DNA of 64,000 nucleotides from Neocallimastix sp. 'constans'. Taxonomy: Eukaryota. Positions 15,419-28,200 of this stretch are shown here, one piece after another. Positions within the stretch are counted from its first letter, which is position 1, and the number at the start of each line of letters is the position of its first letter. The stretch covers positions 1,364,001 to 1,428,000 of the forward strand of contig JBODTK010000013.1 in the NCBI GenBank assembly GCA_050613775.1, written 5' to 3'. The position numbers and the translations under genes are program-made. The notes beneath the pieces are model-generated. The model worked only from the letters and a program-made list of their open reading frames with translations. It had not been told where the DNA came from and did not search any database.

Positions 15419-15433
15419 GATTAAGAGTCTCAT
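15419..15433 (+). promoter_or_regulatory. Primer-binding site complementary to the tRNA-Lys(CUU) anticodon arm (half-tRNA priming)
   Basis: GATTAAGAGTCTCAT is the reverse complement of ATGAGACTCTTAATC, positions 26-40 of the common eukaryotic tRNA-Lys(CUU) (recalled sequence). Confidence 0.85.
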
Positions 15434-15585
15434 TTGTACTCTTAACATTCTCATAAAACAAAGATAAAATAATATAAAATATCTTTAATAAAATAAAATA
15501 ATAATTAAATAAAATATAAATAAAATTGTTTAATATAACACAAAATTGTTTTTAATAAAACACAAAATCATTATAATACTAATTT

Positions 15586-15619
<34 letters not shown>

Positions 15620-15632
15620 TAATAAAATATTT

Positions 15633-18600
15633 ATGAACGAATCTTTATTTTTCAAAAAGGAAGCCATATTGAATGGCAAAAATTATAACATATGGTATGA
15701 TAGTTTGAAAGATGTCCTCGAAAAGGATGGCTTAGAGGATTATCTAATAAAAGATGTAGTAAAAGAAAAAGAAAAGGCCACAAATAGTAATGCGGACGAT
15801 ATAGAAAATGCAAGAAGGAATAATACAAAAGTCCGCTACATCATAAAAAATACCATATGTACCAAAATTCATGAGGACATAATCGGAATGACTACACCTC
15901 GTGAAATAATCGAATATTTAGAAGGGGAGTACAAACTCAATGAAAATGATATGACTCAATGGATGAATAAATTAAGAGAAGTAAAAGCGAAGAAAGAGGA
16001 AGATATTCCATTTACCTTAAAAAGACTATTTAAATTATTTAAAAGTATGGAATCTTCCGGAAATAATATTTCCGAAAAGGAAAAAGTTAAATACATATTA
16101 AAATCATTGCCTACAAGTTACAAAAAGAAAATAACATTAAATGGCAATGAAAATGCTGAAAATCTTAGGACCACCATCGTAAACGACATAAACACCTGGA
16201 TTTATGTCGACGATGTTACCCAAAATGGAAATGACTCTGATGATCCGATGGATATAGATTATGCTGGGAAACTTGGACACAAGGATAGGAAAAATTTAAA
16301 AAACAAGAACAATAATAAAAATTTTCCCAAAAAAGGAAATCCAAGGAAACAAAACAATAAAGATAAATTTAATAGTAATAAATATAGCAATAATAATAAA
16401 TTCTGTGAAATATGTGAAAAAGGAGGCCATTCCACCAAAGAATGTAGATATAATCCAAGAAATCCAAAAGGATTATATAACAAGTACTACACTCAAGATG
16501 AACAAAAATACAGAAACAATTATCATCCACATTATAATGGGCAAAATGGAAGAGCCGTTAGATACATTAATTTAAATAATGAATACAACGAAAATGTATC
16601 GTATGATGATATCCGCCCAATGTTTTATAAATATTATAATCCTAAAAGCAAAGGAAAATATGTGGATGATGATGAATCAGATGAATATCAAGAATCTGAA
16701 AAATCAAATTGTTTCATAAATTATGATAAAGAAGACGTTAAAAATGAAGTTTTAATTAAAAATAATATAATAACACGAGTAGAAAATAAATTAAATTTAG
16801 CTAAAGAAATTTTTATAAATAATATTAATAAAAAGGAAATAAATACAAATAATACAAATGAAATTTTTAATATTAATTACAATAAAAAAGAAACATCAGA
16901 ATGGTTATATGATTCAGGTGCTGGTGAACATATAACTAATGATCTAAGTCTGCTTAAAAATTTTAAAAAAGAAAAAATAAAGTTAAGATGTGCAAATAAT
17001 ACTTATTGCTATTTTGAAGGCCATGGTGAATTTGAATTTACTATTAATAATTATCATTTTAAATTTAACAAAGTATTATATTCAAAAGAAGTAGCTAAAA
17101 ATATTATTAATGGAATAGAATGGGCAAAACAAGATGTTAAAACCTTGACAGAAAAGGATAAACACAATAATATTATCCTCAGAATTTTAGATAACAATTA
17201 TAATATTATTGCCACATTCCAAGCTAATAATAACAATGAAGTTAAAATTGTAGTTACTCATTTCAATATTGAAAACGAAAGAAACTCTAAGAATAATATT
17301 ATGGCAATTCAAAATTTTCGTAATGCTGAAGAACTAATTTGGCATCGACGGCTTGGCCATTTCTACCAAGAAGATTTGAAAAACTTCCTAAACCATCATG
17401 AAATTAACTTAGATAAGTGTGACGATTGCAGAATCGCGAAAATGAAACGCAATCCACACAATAAAATTCCTCCCAGAGCCAAAGAAATATTAGAAGTTAT
17501 CCACTCGGATATTATTGGTCCAATTAACACATCATACACAGGAAAAAGGTTTATACTAACTATCCTAGATGAAGTATCAAGAAAATCATGGGTCTTTATT
17601 ATGAAGAGTAAATCAGAAGCTACAGACATTATCATTAATACCTTAAGAATGTTAAATAATAAATACAAAGATTATAAAATAAAAGTTTTTAAATCTGATA
17701 ACGCAAAGGAATATAAAAACAAGAAAATTGATTACTTTTGCAATGAAAATGGAATAGAAAAGGTTTTTTCTCCCCCGTATAATCCAGTAAATAACGGATT
17801 ATGCGAAAGATTTAACTTAACTATTGTTTCCTGCGCAAAAACCTTGCTATATTGGAGTGGACTAAGCGAAAATTTTTGGGACTTCGCGATATTATATGCC
17901 AATTATATATACAACAAAGTTCCTCATTCTGGAATTCATAATAAAATTCCAGATGAAATCTTCTATATGAATAAAGTAAAAATTAATCATATCAAAGTAT
18001 TCGGATGCATCTCTTTTTATATTGACAGAAGTCAAAACAAATCAAAATTTTCACCTAATTCCAAGAAAGGAATTTTTCTTGGGTTTAGTGAAAAATCAAA
18101 CAGTTACATCATTATGGATTTTCACGATTATTCAATCCACTACTGTAGAGAAATATACTGTCTTGAGGATACTCCTGCTAATATTAAATTAGCAAATAAT
18201 AAAATTAATCAATATGGGGACCAAGACTTTCTAGCCTTTGATTTCTATTTTTCAAAAAATTCACCACAATTTTCTGGGGAAGACAATCTAGATCATAGCC
18301 ATCACAATGACAAATCTTCTGAAAATAAATATAACGGAAATTTCAAGAAAAATAACAAAAATTTGGGACCTTCTTCAAAGAAATTACCTACTGGACTTAA
18401 TGAACAAATTCATAAAAATTCAAATAACGAACATTTACCCAAAAAAGACAAAGGTAAAAGCCCAGCAACTGAGGATCAAAATGATACCAATATTTCTAAT
18501 AATATCGGTAAGGACATTCCTACAAAAATTCAAGAAGAAGAGGACCAAAATGTCAAAAATCAAGATAATTTCAAAAATTCATCTGATGAAAATTTTTCTG

Positions 18601-20918
18601 ATAATAAAAATTTTTCAAAAAATGAAGAAAATTCAATAAACAAAGACAAAAATTTAAATGAAACCTTATCAAATAATAATTTTAATCATGAGAAAAATTT
18701 TTCTGGAAATTCAAATAATAATAAAGTTAGAATTTCTAAAACTCAAAATAATAATGAAATTTTTGATGAAGAAAAATTTTTTGATATTAATGACGAAACC
18801 TTAATTAATATGAAATTTAATAATCAAGAAAAAGTCAATGAACAAACCAATATGTCTTCTAATAAATCTAATATAAATATAGATAATTTTAATAAAAATT
18901 TTTCTGAAACAAATATTAAAAATAATATATCTACCAATACTACTAACAATATATTGCAATCAAAAAATTTATCAAACTCAAATTATTATAATTTTCCTTC
19001 TTCTTCTCAAGGAAACACTATGTTTAATAGAAATAATATTATCTCTTCTTACATTGACAAAAAGTTCCCTTTTAACGGCAGAAGAAGTGTTAAAGAATTA
19101 CACATAGATAACCAAAATTCTTTTAATACTAATCCTTTCAATAGAATTAATTTACCTCATCATAGGAGTAACTTTCATTTCAAAAATAATAAAAATTTTG
19201 AAAATGGAAATATCGATTATTTATTTTCAAATAATCAATATATAATTAAGAAAAATAAATTTTTACATGATAAAAATCATTTTAATTTTAATTTTCATAA
19301 AAGGTCACTTTCAGACGATTTAACACCTTCCCAATCGCAAAAATTTCGTAGATCAAACTTTAATTCTAAAATTATTGCTTCCTTGGAATATTTTGTGCCA
19401 CAATCATTTTTCCAAGCCACAAATTGCAAAGACCATGTTCTATGGGAAAAAGCTATGGATAATGAACTTGATAATCTTTACACCAATAAAATTATGACTT
19501 TTGTTAATACTATTCCAGATGGTAAGAAACCTATTCCTTCCAAATGGGTTTACGCTCTTAAAACCGATGGCCTTGGACATGTAATTAAACATAAAGCCCG
19601 CTTTGTTGCTAAAGGCTTTATTCAAAAATATGGTATTGATTACGAAATGACTTTCTCACCTACTTTAAATATTGATTGTCTTAAGCTTCTTATCGCTCTC
19701 GCTGCTAAATTTAAATGGGATATTCTACAATTAGATATCAAAGCTGCGTATCTCAACGCGAATTTAGACAAGGACATTTACGTTAAAATTCCCCCTGGAG
19801 ATCCTAACTTTGGGAGGGGATATTGGAAACTAAACAAAGCACTGTACGGTTTAAAACAATCTGGCCGACAGTGGTATAAAACTATTTCAAAATTTTTAAT
19901 AGAACAAGGAATGGAGCAACTAAAATCCGAAAGTTGTGTTTTTAAGAAAGTTATTAACAGAAAATTAGTTTGTATAATAGGCTTATATGTAGATGATATG
20001 ATTGTTACTGGCGAAAAGGAAGAAATTAACAAAATTTTCAATAAAATTAAAAATAAATTTGAAATCTCAAAATCTGGACCGATTGACTACTTATTAGGAA
20101 TTAAAGTCGAAAATAATAATAAAACATATTCATTATCACAAACTCAATTTATAAACAATATTCTAAAAAAATTTAATATTAACAACCAAAGAGTAAGAAG
20201 AACACCATGTGTTGGTGACAATACTAAATCTGAAAATAATCAACCATTCGACAAAACCAAATATAAAAGTGCAATTGGTATGTTAATATATTTATCAAAA
20301 TGTACCAGACCCGACATTGCATTTTCAGTTAATAAAGCCGCTAGAAATTCAGAAAATCCAACAGTATCTGACTGGCACAAAGTTATAGCTATATTACAAT
20401 ATTTAAAAGACACTAAAAATTATAAAATTAAATATGATGGCACTGGTAACATTGTAGGTTACACAGATTCAGACTTCGCTGGTGATGTTACTGACAGAAA
20501 ATCAACGTCAGGTAATATTATCTTAATGGGAAATAATCCAATATCCTGGACTTCGAAAAAACAGTCAGTTGTCGCCACATCAACAGCAGAAGCTGAATAC
20601 ATAAGTGCATCAGTATGTATAAAGAAATTATTAAGAATTAAAAATATCTTATATGAATTATTCAAATTTAACAAACCACTAACATTATTCACTGATAATA
20701 ATGTAAGTAAAATTTCAATGGAAAATGGGGAACTAAATCCAAAATTAAAACATATTTCAATCAAATATCATTTTAATAAAGACAATATTGAGAAAAATTT
20801 AATTAAATTAAAATATATCAGTACCGATAAAATGCTAGCTGACACATTAACAAAATGCGTTAATGGAACTAAAATGACAACCTTTGCAAATCAAATTTTC
20901 ATTACAAATGAAAACTGA
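15633..20918 (+). CDS. Copia gag-pol polyprotein (1761 aa)
   Basis: Zinc knuckle CEICEKGGHSTKEC; protease WLYDSGA; pre-integrase WHRRLGH..CDDC; integrase HSDIIGP/KSDNAKEY/NGLCERFN; RT QLDIKAAYLN, LYGLKQSGRQW, YVDDM; RNase H YTDSDFAGD, TSTAEAEY, MLADTLTK. Confidence 0.98.
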   Translation: MNESLFFKKEAILNGKNYNIWYDSLKDVLEKDGLEDYLIKDVVKEKEKATNSNADDIENARRNNTKVRYIIKNTICTKIHEDIIGMTTPREIIEYLEGEYKLNENDMTQWMNKLREVKAKKEEDIPFTLKRLFKLFKSMESSGNNISEKEKVKYILKSLPTSYKKKITLNGNENAENLRTTIVNDINTWIYVDDVTQNGNDSDDPMDIDYAGKLGHKDRKNLKNKNNNKNFPKKGNPRKQNNKDKFNSNKYSNNNKFCEICEKGGHSTKECRYNPRNPKGLYNKYYTQDEQKYRNNYHPHYNGQNGRAVRYINLNNEYNENVSYDDIRPMFYKYYNPKSKGKYVDDDESDEYQESEKSNCFINYDKEDVKNEVLIKNNIITRVENKLNLAKEIFINNINKKEINTNNTNEIFNINYNKKETSEWLYDSGAGEHITNDLSLLKNFKKEKIKLRCANNTYCYFEGHGEFEFTINNYHFKFNKVLYSKEVAKNIINGIEWAKQDVKTLTEKDKHNNIILRILDNNYNIIATFQANNNNEVKIVVTHFNIENERNSKNNIMAIQNFRNAEELIWHRRLGHFYQEDLKNFLNHHEINLDKCDDCRIAKMKRNPHNKIPPRAKEILEVIHSDIIGPINTSYTGKRFILTILDEVSRKSWVFIMKSKSEATDIIINTLRMLNNKYKDYKIKVFKSDNAKEYKNKKIDYFCNENGIEKVFSPPYNPVNNGLCERFNLTIVSCAKTLLYWSGLSENFWDFAILYANYIYNKVPHSGIHNKIPDEIFYMNKVKINHIKVFGCISFYIDRSQNKSKFSPNSKKGIFLGFSEKSNSYIIMDFHDYSIHYCREIYCLEDTPANIKLANNKINQYGDQDFLAFDFYFSKNSPQFSGEDNLDHSHHNDKSSENKYNGNFKKNNKNLGPSSKKLPTGLNEQIHKNSNNEHLPKKDKGKSPATEDQNDTNISNNIGKDIPTKIQEEEDQNVKNQDNFKNSSDENFSDNKNFSKNEENSINKDKNLNETLSNNNFNHEKNFSGNSNNNKVRISKTQNNNEIFDEEKFFDINDETLINMKFNNQEKVNEQTNMSSNKSNINIDNFNKNFSETNIKNNISTNTTNNILQSKNLSNSNYYNFPSSSQGNTMFNRNNIISSYIDKKFPFNGRRSVKELHIDNQNSFNTNPFNRINLPHHRSNFHFKNNKNFENGNIDYLFSNNQYIIKKNKFLHDKNHFNFNFHKRSLSDDLTPSQSQKFRRSNFNSKIIASLEYFVPQSFFQATNCKDHVLWEKAMDNELDNLYTNKIMTFVNTIPDGKKPIPSKWVYALKTDGLGHVIKHKARFVAKGFIQKYGIDYEMTFSPTLNIDCLKLLIALAAKFKWDILQLDIKAAYLNANLDKDIYVKIPPGDPNFGRGYWKLNKALYGLKQSGRQWYKTISKFLIEQGMEQLKSESCVFKKVINRKLVCIIGLYVDDMIVTGEKEEINKIFNKIKNKFEISKSGPIDYLLGIKVENNNKTYSLSQTQFINNILKKFNINNQRVRRTPCVGDNTKSENNQPFDKTKYKSAIGMLIYLSKCTRPDIAFSVNKAARNSENPTVSDWHKVIAILQYLKDTKNYKIKYDGTGNIVGYTDSDFAGDVTDRKSTSGNIILMGNNPISWTSKKQSVVATSTAEAEYISASVCIKKLLRIKNILYELFKFNKPLTLFTDNNVSKISMENGELNPKLKHISIKYHFNKDNIEKNLIKLKYISTDKMLADTLTKCVNGTKMTTFANQIFITNEN

Positions 20919-20921
20919 TTT

Positions 20922-20930
20922 GAGGGGGAG
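20922..20930 (+). promoter_or_regulatory. Polypurine tract
   Basis: gagggggag immediately 5' of the TG that starts the 3' LTR. Confidence 0.9.
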
Positions 20931-21532
<602 letters not shown>

Positions 21533-22106
21533 TTTTTTTTAAAAATATCTTTATCATTTTTCTTTTGATTTTCTTTTTGAGTTTTATATTCTCACGATTT
21601 TGATTGAATGAAAAAAAAACTCCTATGAGACATATATATATATAAAATATAAAAATTTTAAATTATTATAATTTGGAATATAAAATATATCTATATATAT
21701 AATTATTAATTTTGAATAATATAATAATAATAATATTAAATAATATATAAAAACATAATTACAAATAAAAAAAATTTTTTTACATTATATATCTTTATCT
21801 TTTATTAATTATTTTTATTATATATATTTTTTTATTTATAAAATAAAATTATTCCTTTGTTTCGTTTTATTTTTTTTTTTATTTTTATATATTTTATTTA
21901 TTATACAAAATTTTAAAAATTAAAAATGTAAATATAAAAAATAAAAAATATTTAAAAGTAGGTGTAAATGTAAATAAATATAAAATGGTTTTAATATCTT
22001 ATAATGTAATTATTATTATTATTATTATTATTTTACAAATGATAGTTTACTATAAATAAAAAATTTAATAATAAAAAATACAAATGATGTTTCTAATATG
22101 TAAATG

Positions 22107-22143
<37 letters not shown>

Positions 22144-22216
22144 ATAAATATTTATAATATATCTATAGCTATATTGCTTTTAATTATCTATTGTTAAATT
22201 ATTTTTATTATTTTAA

Positions 22217-25200
22217 TCATTCACTATTTTTATATATTAAAATATTTTGATTTTCATTATTACTACTATTACTATGATTATCTTTTTCATTCATTTGATT
22301 ATTAGAATATATTTTATCTGATATACTTGAGCTTGTTTTGATGATCTCAACTCTTTCATTTTTTAATCTTTCCATTTCTAGTTTATCCTTTTCTTTTTCT
22401 ATTTCTTTTTCTTGTTTTTCTCTTTCTAATCTGTCTCTTTCTTGTCCATCTTTTTCAAGCTTTTCTTTTTCTAATATTTCCTTTTCTAATTTTTCTTTTT
22501 CTAATCTTTCTTCTTCTAATTTTTCTTTTTTCAATTGTTCTAATAGTTCCTTTTCTCGTCTTTCTTTTTCCAATCTTGCTTTTTCTAATCTTTCTTCTTC
22601 TAATTTTTCTTTTTTCAATTGTTCCAACAATTCCTTTTCTCGTTTTTCTTTTTCTAACCTTTTTTTTTCAAGTTTTTCCTTTTCTAATTTTTCTTTTTCT
22701 TGTCTTTTCGTTTCTAATATTTCCTTTTCTAATCTTTCTTTTTCTAATTTTTCTTTTTCTTGTTTTTTCTTTTCTAACATTTCCTTTTCTAATCTTTCTT
22801 TTTCTGATCTTTCTTTTTTAAGTTTTTCCTTTTCCAGTCTTTCTTTTTCCAAACTTTCCTTGTCCATTCTTTCTTTCTTTATTCTTTCTTTTTCAAGTTT
22901 TTCTTTTTCAAGTTTTTCTTTTTCTAATCTTTCCTTCTTTATTCTTTCTTTTTCAAGTTTTTCTTTTTCTATCCTTTCTTTTTCTAATCTTTCTTCCTCT
23001 AATTTTTCTTTTTTCAGTTGCTCTAATAGTTCTTTTTCTCGTTTTTCTTTCTCTATTCTTTCTTTTTCTAATCTTTCTTCCTCTAATTTTTCTTTTTTCA
23101 ATTGTTCCAATAATTCCTTTTCTCGCTTTTCTTTTTCTAACCTTTCTTTTTCAAGTTTTTCTTTTTCTAATCTTTCCTTTTCAAGTTTTTCCTTGTCCAT
23201 TTTTTCTTTCTCTGATCTTTCTTTTTCAAGTTTTTCTTTTTCTAATTTTTCCTTTTCTTGCCTTTTCTTTTCTAACATTTCCTTTTCTAATCTTTCTTTT
23301 TCTAATCTTTCTTTTTCTTGTTTTTTCTTTTCTAACATTTCCTTTTCTAATCTTTCTTTTTCTAATCTTTCTTTTTCTTGTTTTTTCTTTTCTAACATTT
23401 CCTTTTCTAATCTTTCTTTTTCTGATCTTTCCTTTTCAAGTTTTTCCTTGTCCAATTTTTCTTTTTCTAATCTTTCTTTTTCTATCCTTTTCTTTTCTAT
23501 CCTTTTCTTTTCTATCTTTTCTTTTTCTATCCTTTCTTTTTCTAATCTTTCTTCCTCTAATTTTTCTTTTTTCAGTTGCTCTAATAGTTCTTTTTCTCGT
23601 TTTTCTTTCTCTATTTTTTCTTTTTCTAATCTTTCTTCTTCTAATTTTTCTTTTTTCAATTGTTCCAATAATTCCTTTTCTCGCTTTTCTTTTTCTAACC
23701 TTTCTTTTTCAAGTTTTTCTTTTTCTAATCTTTCCTTTTCAAGTTTCTCCTTGTCCAATTTTTCTTTCTCTAATTTTTCTTTTTCAAGGTTTTCTTTTTC
23801 TAATCTTTCTTTTTCTATCCTTTTCTTTTCTATCTTTTCTTTTTCTGATCTTTCTCTTTCAAGTTTTTCTTTCTCCAATCTTTCTTTTTCTGATCTTTCC
23901 TTTTCATGTTTTTTCTGCTCTATTCTTTCCTTTTCTAATCTTTCTTTCTCTAATTTTTCTTTTTCTAATTTTTCTTTATCTAATTTTTCTTTTTCTAATT
24001 TTTCTTTATCTAATTTTTCTTTATCTAATTTTTCTTTATCTAATCTTTCCTTTTCTATCCTTTTCTTTTCTGTCTTTTCTTTTTCTAATCTTTCTTCCTC
24101 TAATTTTTCTTTTTTCAGTTGCTCTAATAGTTCTTTTTCTCGTTTTTCTTTCTTTATTCTTTCTTTTTCTAATCTTTCTTCTTCTAATTTTTCTTTTTTC
24201 AATTGTTCCAATAATTCCTTTTCTCGCTTTTCTTTTTCTAACCTTTCTTTTTCAAGTTTTTCTTTTTCTAATCTTTCCTTTTCAAGTTTCTCCTTGTCCA
24301 ATTTTTCTTTCTCTAATTTTTCTTTTTCAAGATTTTCTTTTTCTAATCTTTCTTTTTCTATCCTTTTCTTTTCTATCTTTTCTTTTTCGGATCTTTCTCT
24401 TTCAAGTTTTTCTTTCTCCAATCTTTCTTTTTCTGATCTTTCCTTTTCATGTTTTTTCTGCTCCATTCTTTCCTTTTCTAATTTTTCTTTCTCTAATTTT
24501 TCTTTTTCTAATTTTTCTTTTTCTAATTTTTCTTTATCTAATTTTTCTTTTTCTAATTTTTCTTTTTCTAATTTTTCTTTATCTAATTTTTCTTTATCTA
24601 ATCTTTCCTTTTCTATCCTTTTCTTTTCTGTCTTTTCTTTTTCTAATCTTTCTTCCTCTAATTTTTCTTTTTTCAGTTGCTCTAATAGTTCTTTTTCTCG
24701 TTTTTCTTTCTTTATTCTTTCTTTTTCTAATCTTTCTTCTTCTAATTTTTCTTTTTTCAATTGTTCCAATAATTCCTTTTCTCGCTTTTCTTTTTCTAAC
24801 CTTTCTTTTTCAAGTTTTTCTTTATCTAATCTTTCCTTTTCAAGTTTCTCCTTGTCCAATTTCTCTTTCTCTAATCTTTCTTTTTCATGGTTTTCTTTTT
24901 CTAATCTTTCTTTTTCTATCCTTTTCTTTTCTATCTTTTCTTTTTCGGATCTTTCTCTTTCAAGTTTTTCTTTCTCCAATCTTTCTTTTTCTGATCTTTC
25001 CTTTTCATGTTTTTCCTGCTCCATTCTTTCTTTTTCTAATTTTTCTTTTTCTAATTTTTCTTTTTCTAAATTTTCTTTATCTAATTTTTCTTTATCTAAT
25101 TTTTCCTTTTCTATCATTTTCTTTGCTGTCTTTTCTTTTTCTGATCTTTCTTTTTCATGCTTTTCTTTGTCTAATCTTTCTTCCTCTAATTTTTCTTTTT

Positions 25201-28200
25201 TCAGTTGCTCTAATAGTTCTTTTTCTCGTTTTTCTTTCTCTATTCTTTCTTTTTCTAATCTTTCTTCTTCTAATTTTTCTTTTTTCAATTGTTCCAATAA
25301 TTCCTTTTCTTGCTTTTCTTTTTCTAACCTTTCTTTTTCAAGTTTTTCTTGTTCTAATCTTTCTTTTTCTGATCTTTCCTTTTCAAGTTTTTCCTTGTCC
25401 AATTTTTCTTTTTCTAATCTTTCTTTTTCTATCCTTTTCTTTTCTATCTTTTCTTTTTCGGATCTTTCTCTTTCAAGTTTTTCTTTCTCCAATCTTTCTT
25501 TTTCTGATCTTTCCTTTTCATGTTTTTCCTGCTCCATTCTTTCTTTTTCTAATTTTTCTTTTTCTAATTTTTCTTTTTCTAAATTTTCTTTATCTAATTT
25601 TTCTTTATCTAATTTTTCCTTTTCTATCATTTTCTTTTCTGTCTTTTCTTTTTCTGATCTTTCTTTTTCATGCTTTTCTTTTTCTAATCTTTCTTCCTCT
25701 AATTTTTCTTTTTTCAGTTGCTCTAATAGTTCTTTTTCTCGTTTTTCTTTCTCTATTCTTTCTTTTTCTAATCTTTCTTCTTCTAATTTTTCTTTTTTCA
25801 ATTGTTCCAATAATTCCTTTTCTCGCTTTTCTTTTTCTAACCTTTCTTTTTCAAGTTTTTCTTTTTTTAATTTTTCTTTTTCTAGTCTTTCCTTTTCTAA
25901 CATTTCCTTTTCCAATCTTTCCTTTTCCAGTCTTTCCGTATCCAATCTTTCCTTATCCAATCTTTCCTTTTCCAATCTTTCTTTTTCAAGTTTTTCTTTT
26001 TCTATCCTTTCTTTTTCTAATTTTTCTTTTTCTAATCTTTCTTCCTCTAATTTTTCTTTTTTTGATTTTTCTAATAATTCCTTTTCTTGTTTTTCTTTTT
26101 CTAATTTTTCTTTTTTTAATTTTTCCTTTTCTAATATATCTTTTTCTAATCTTTCTTTCTCTAATCGTTCTTTTTCAAGTTTTTCTTTTTCTATCCTTTC
26201 TTTTTCCATCCTTTCTTTTTCTATCCTTTCCTTTTCTATCCTTTCTTTTTCCATCCTTTCCTTTTCTATCCTTTCTTTTTCCATCCTTTCTTTTTCTATC
26301 CTTTCCTTTTCTAATCTTTCTTCCTCTAATTTTTCTTTTTTCAATTGTTCTAATAATTCTTTTTCTCGTTTTTCTTTTTCTAATCTTTCTTTTTCTATCC
26401 TTTCTTTCTCTAATTTTTCTTTTTCTAATCTTTCCTTTTCTAATCTTTCCTTTTCCAATCTTTCTTTCTCTAATCTTTCTTTCTCTAATCTTTCTTTCTC
26501 TAATTTTTCCTTTTCCAATCTTTCTTTATCTAATCTTTCCTTTTCTAATCTTTCCTTTTCTAATCTTTCCTTTTCCAATCTTTCTTTTTCCATCCTTTCC
26601 TTTTCCATCTTTTCTTTATCCATTTTTTCTTTATCAATCTTTTCTTTATCCATCCTTTCTTTTTCTATCCTTTCTTTTTCTAATTTTCCTTTCTCTAATT
26701 CTTCTCTTTCTAATTTTTCTTTTTCTAATTTTTCCTTTTCCAAATTTTTTTTCTCTAATTTTTCTTTCTCTAATTTTTCTTTCTCTAATTTTTCTTTCTC
26801 TAATTTTTCTTTCTCTAATTTTTCTTTCTCTAATTTTTCTTTCTCTAATTTTTCCTTTTCCGATCTTTCTTTTTCTAATCTTTCGTTCTCTAATCTTTCT
26901 TTCTCTAATCTTTCTTTCTCTAATCTTTCCTTTTCCAATCTTTCTTTCTCTAATCTTTCCTTTTCCAATCTTTCTTTTTCTATCCTTTCTTTTTCTAATT
27001 TTTCTTTTTCTAATCTTTCTTTTTCTAATCTTTCTTTTTCTAATCTTTCTTTTTCTAATCTTTCTTGTCTTAGATTTTCCTTTTCATCATTTCCTTCTTT
27101 AATCGTTAATGTTTGAATGGATGGATGATCATACTGACTATCGAAACTCTTATTATAGTTATAATAAAGGTTGCTATAATTTACATCATATCTTGACAGA
27201 TGATTATTATTTCCTGGCATCACTAGTTCTCTTGTTGATATGACTGTTGCTGGTACTGCAGTTAGGATTGAATTACTAGATTCATCCATTTCTCTTTTAA
27301 GTTCTCGCTCTCTTCTATAATTTTTTCTCATTTGACTAATATTGTTATTATTATTATTATTAATTTCGTGTTCTCTTACTGTGGAAGTTCGTGAATGATT
27401 TGAATTTGGATAGATACTGAGTTCAGTGGTGGATTTAGTATTTTCATTAATTGTTTTATCATCACTATTATTATTATTATTATTATTATTACCATTATCA
27501 TATATACTTTGAATGGAATAACTATGTAGTGCTTTCTTAATTTCTTCGATTTCATTTTCTAATTGAATATGTCCTTCTTTTACAGTTTGAAGAGACTTAT
27601 TTACTAGGGTTTGAACAACATCTTCAGATGGCAATTTTTCTAATTTATCTTGAAGTATTTCTAATTCTTGTTTATAGGTATTATTTGGAGGGAGGTCAAA
27701 ATCCTTTTGAGTAACCTCTACGACTTCCAATTTCTTCTGCTTTTCCTTATTTTCATCTATGAAAGAGTTGATATAATTTAATTGTTCATTCATTTGATGA
27801 ATATTATCGTTCATTTCTGATTTTAATTGGTTCATTGTCGTCATATAATTGGTATTATTGGCTTCACAGATTTCTTCTAAATTCTTTATTTTACTTTGAA
27901 GCGTGTTCTCTTGATCTTTATGATCTTGTCGTAGTTGCTTATACATCGATAAGATGGCTTGATTATCATTCTCCATTTTACTGGTCACTTCTTGATGTTC
28001 TTTCTTAGAAAGTTTTAAATCATTTATTTCCTTGAGTTTTTCCAGTGTTTCCTGAATATCTTCAGTTATTTTAGATTGATCGGTAATGGCTTTTTCATTT
28101 TCTGATATTACATTGTTATTCTGAGTTATCGTTTCTTTTATTTTTTCGAGTTCATCTCTTAATTCTTGAATAAGTGTATTATTTGAATCAGAAACGGTGT

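Noticed and set aside
16259..20764. Short antisense and alternate-frame ORFs inside the copia ORF
   Set aside because: Shadows of gag-pol; no env-like or other features
22338..27116. 1592-aa and 659-aa antisense ORFs (Ser/Phe/Leu-rich)
   Set aside because: Shadow frames of the GAA/AAA/AGA/TTA repeat, which lacks stops in those frames; no independent coding signal
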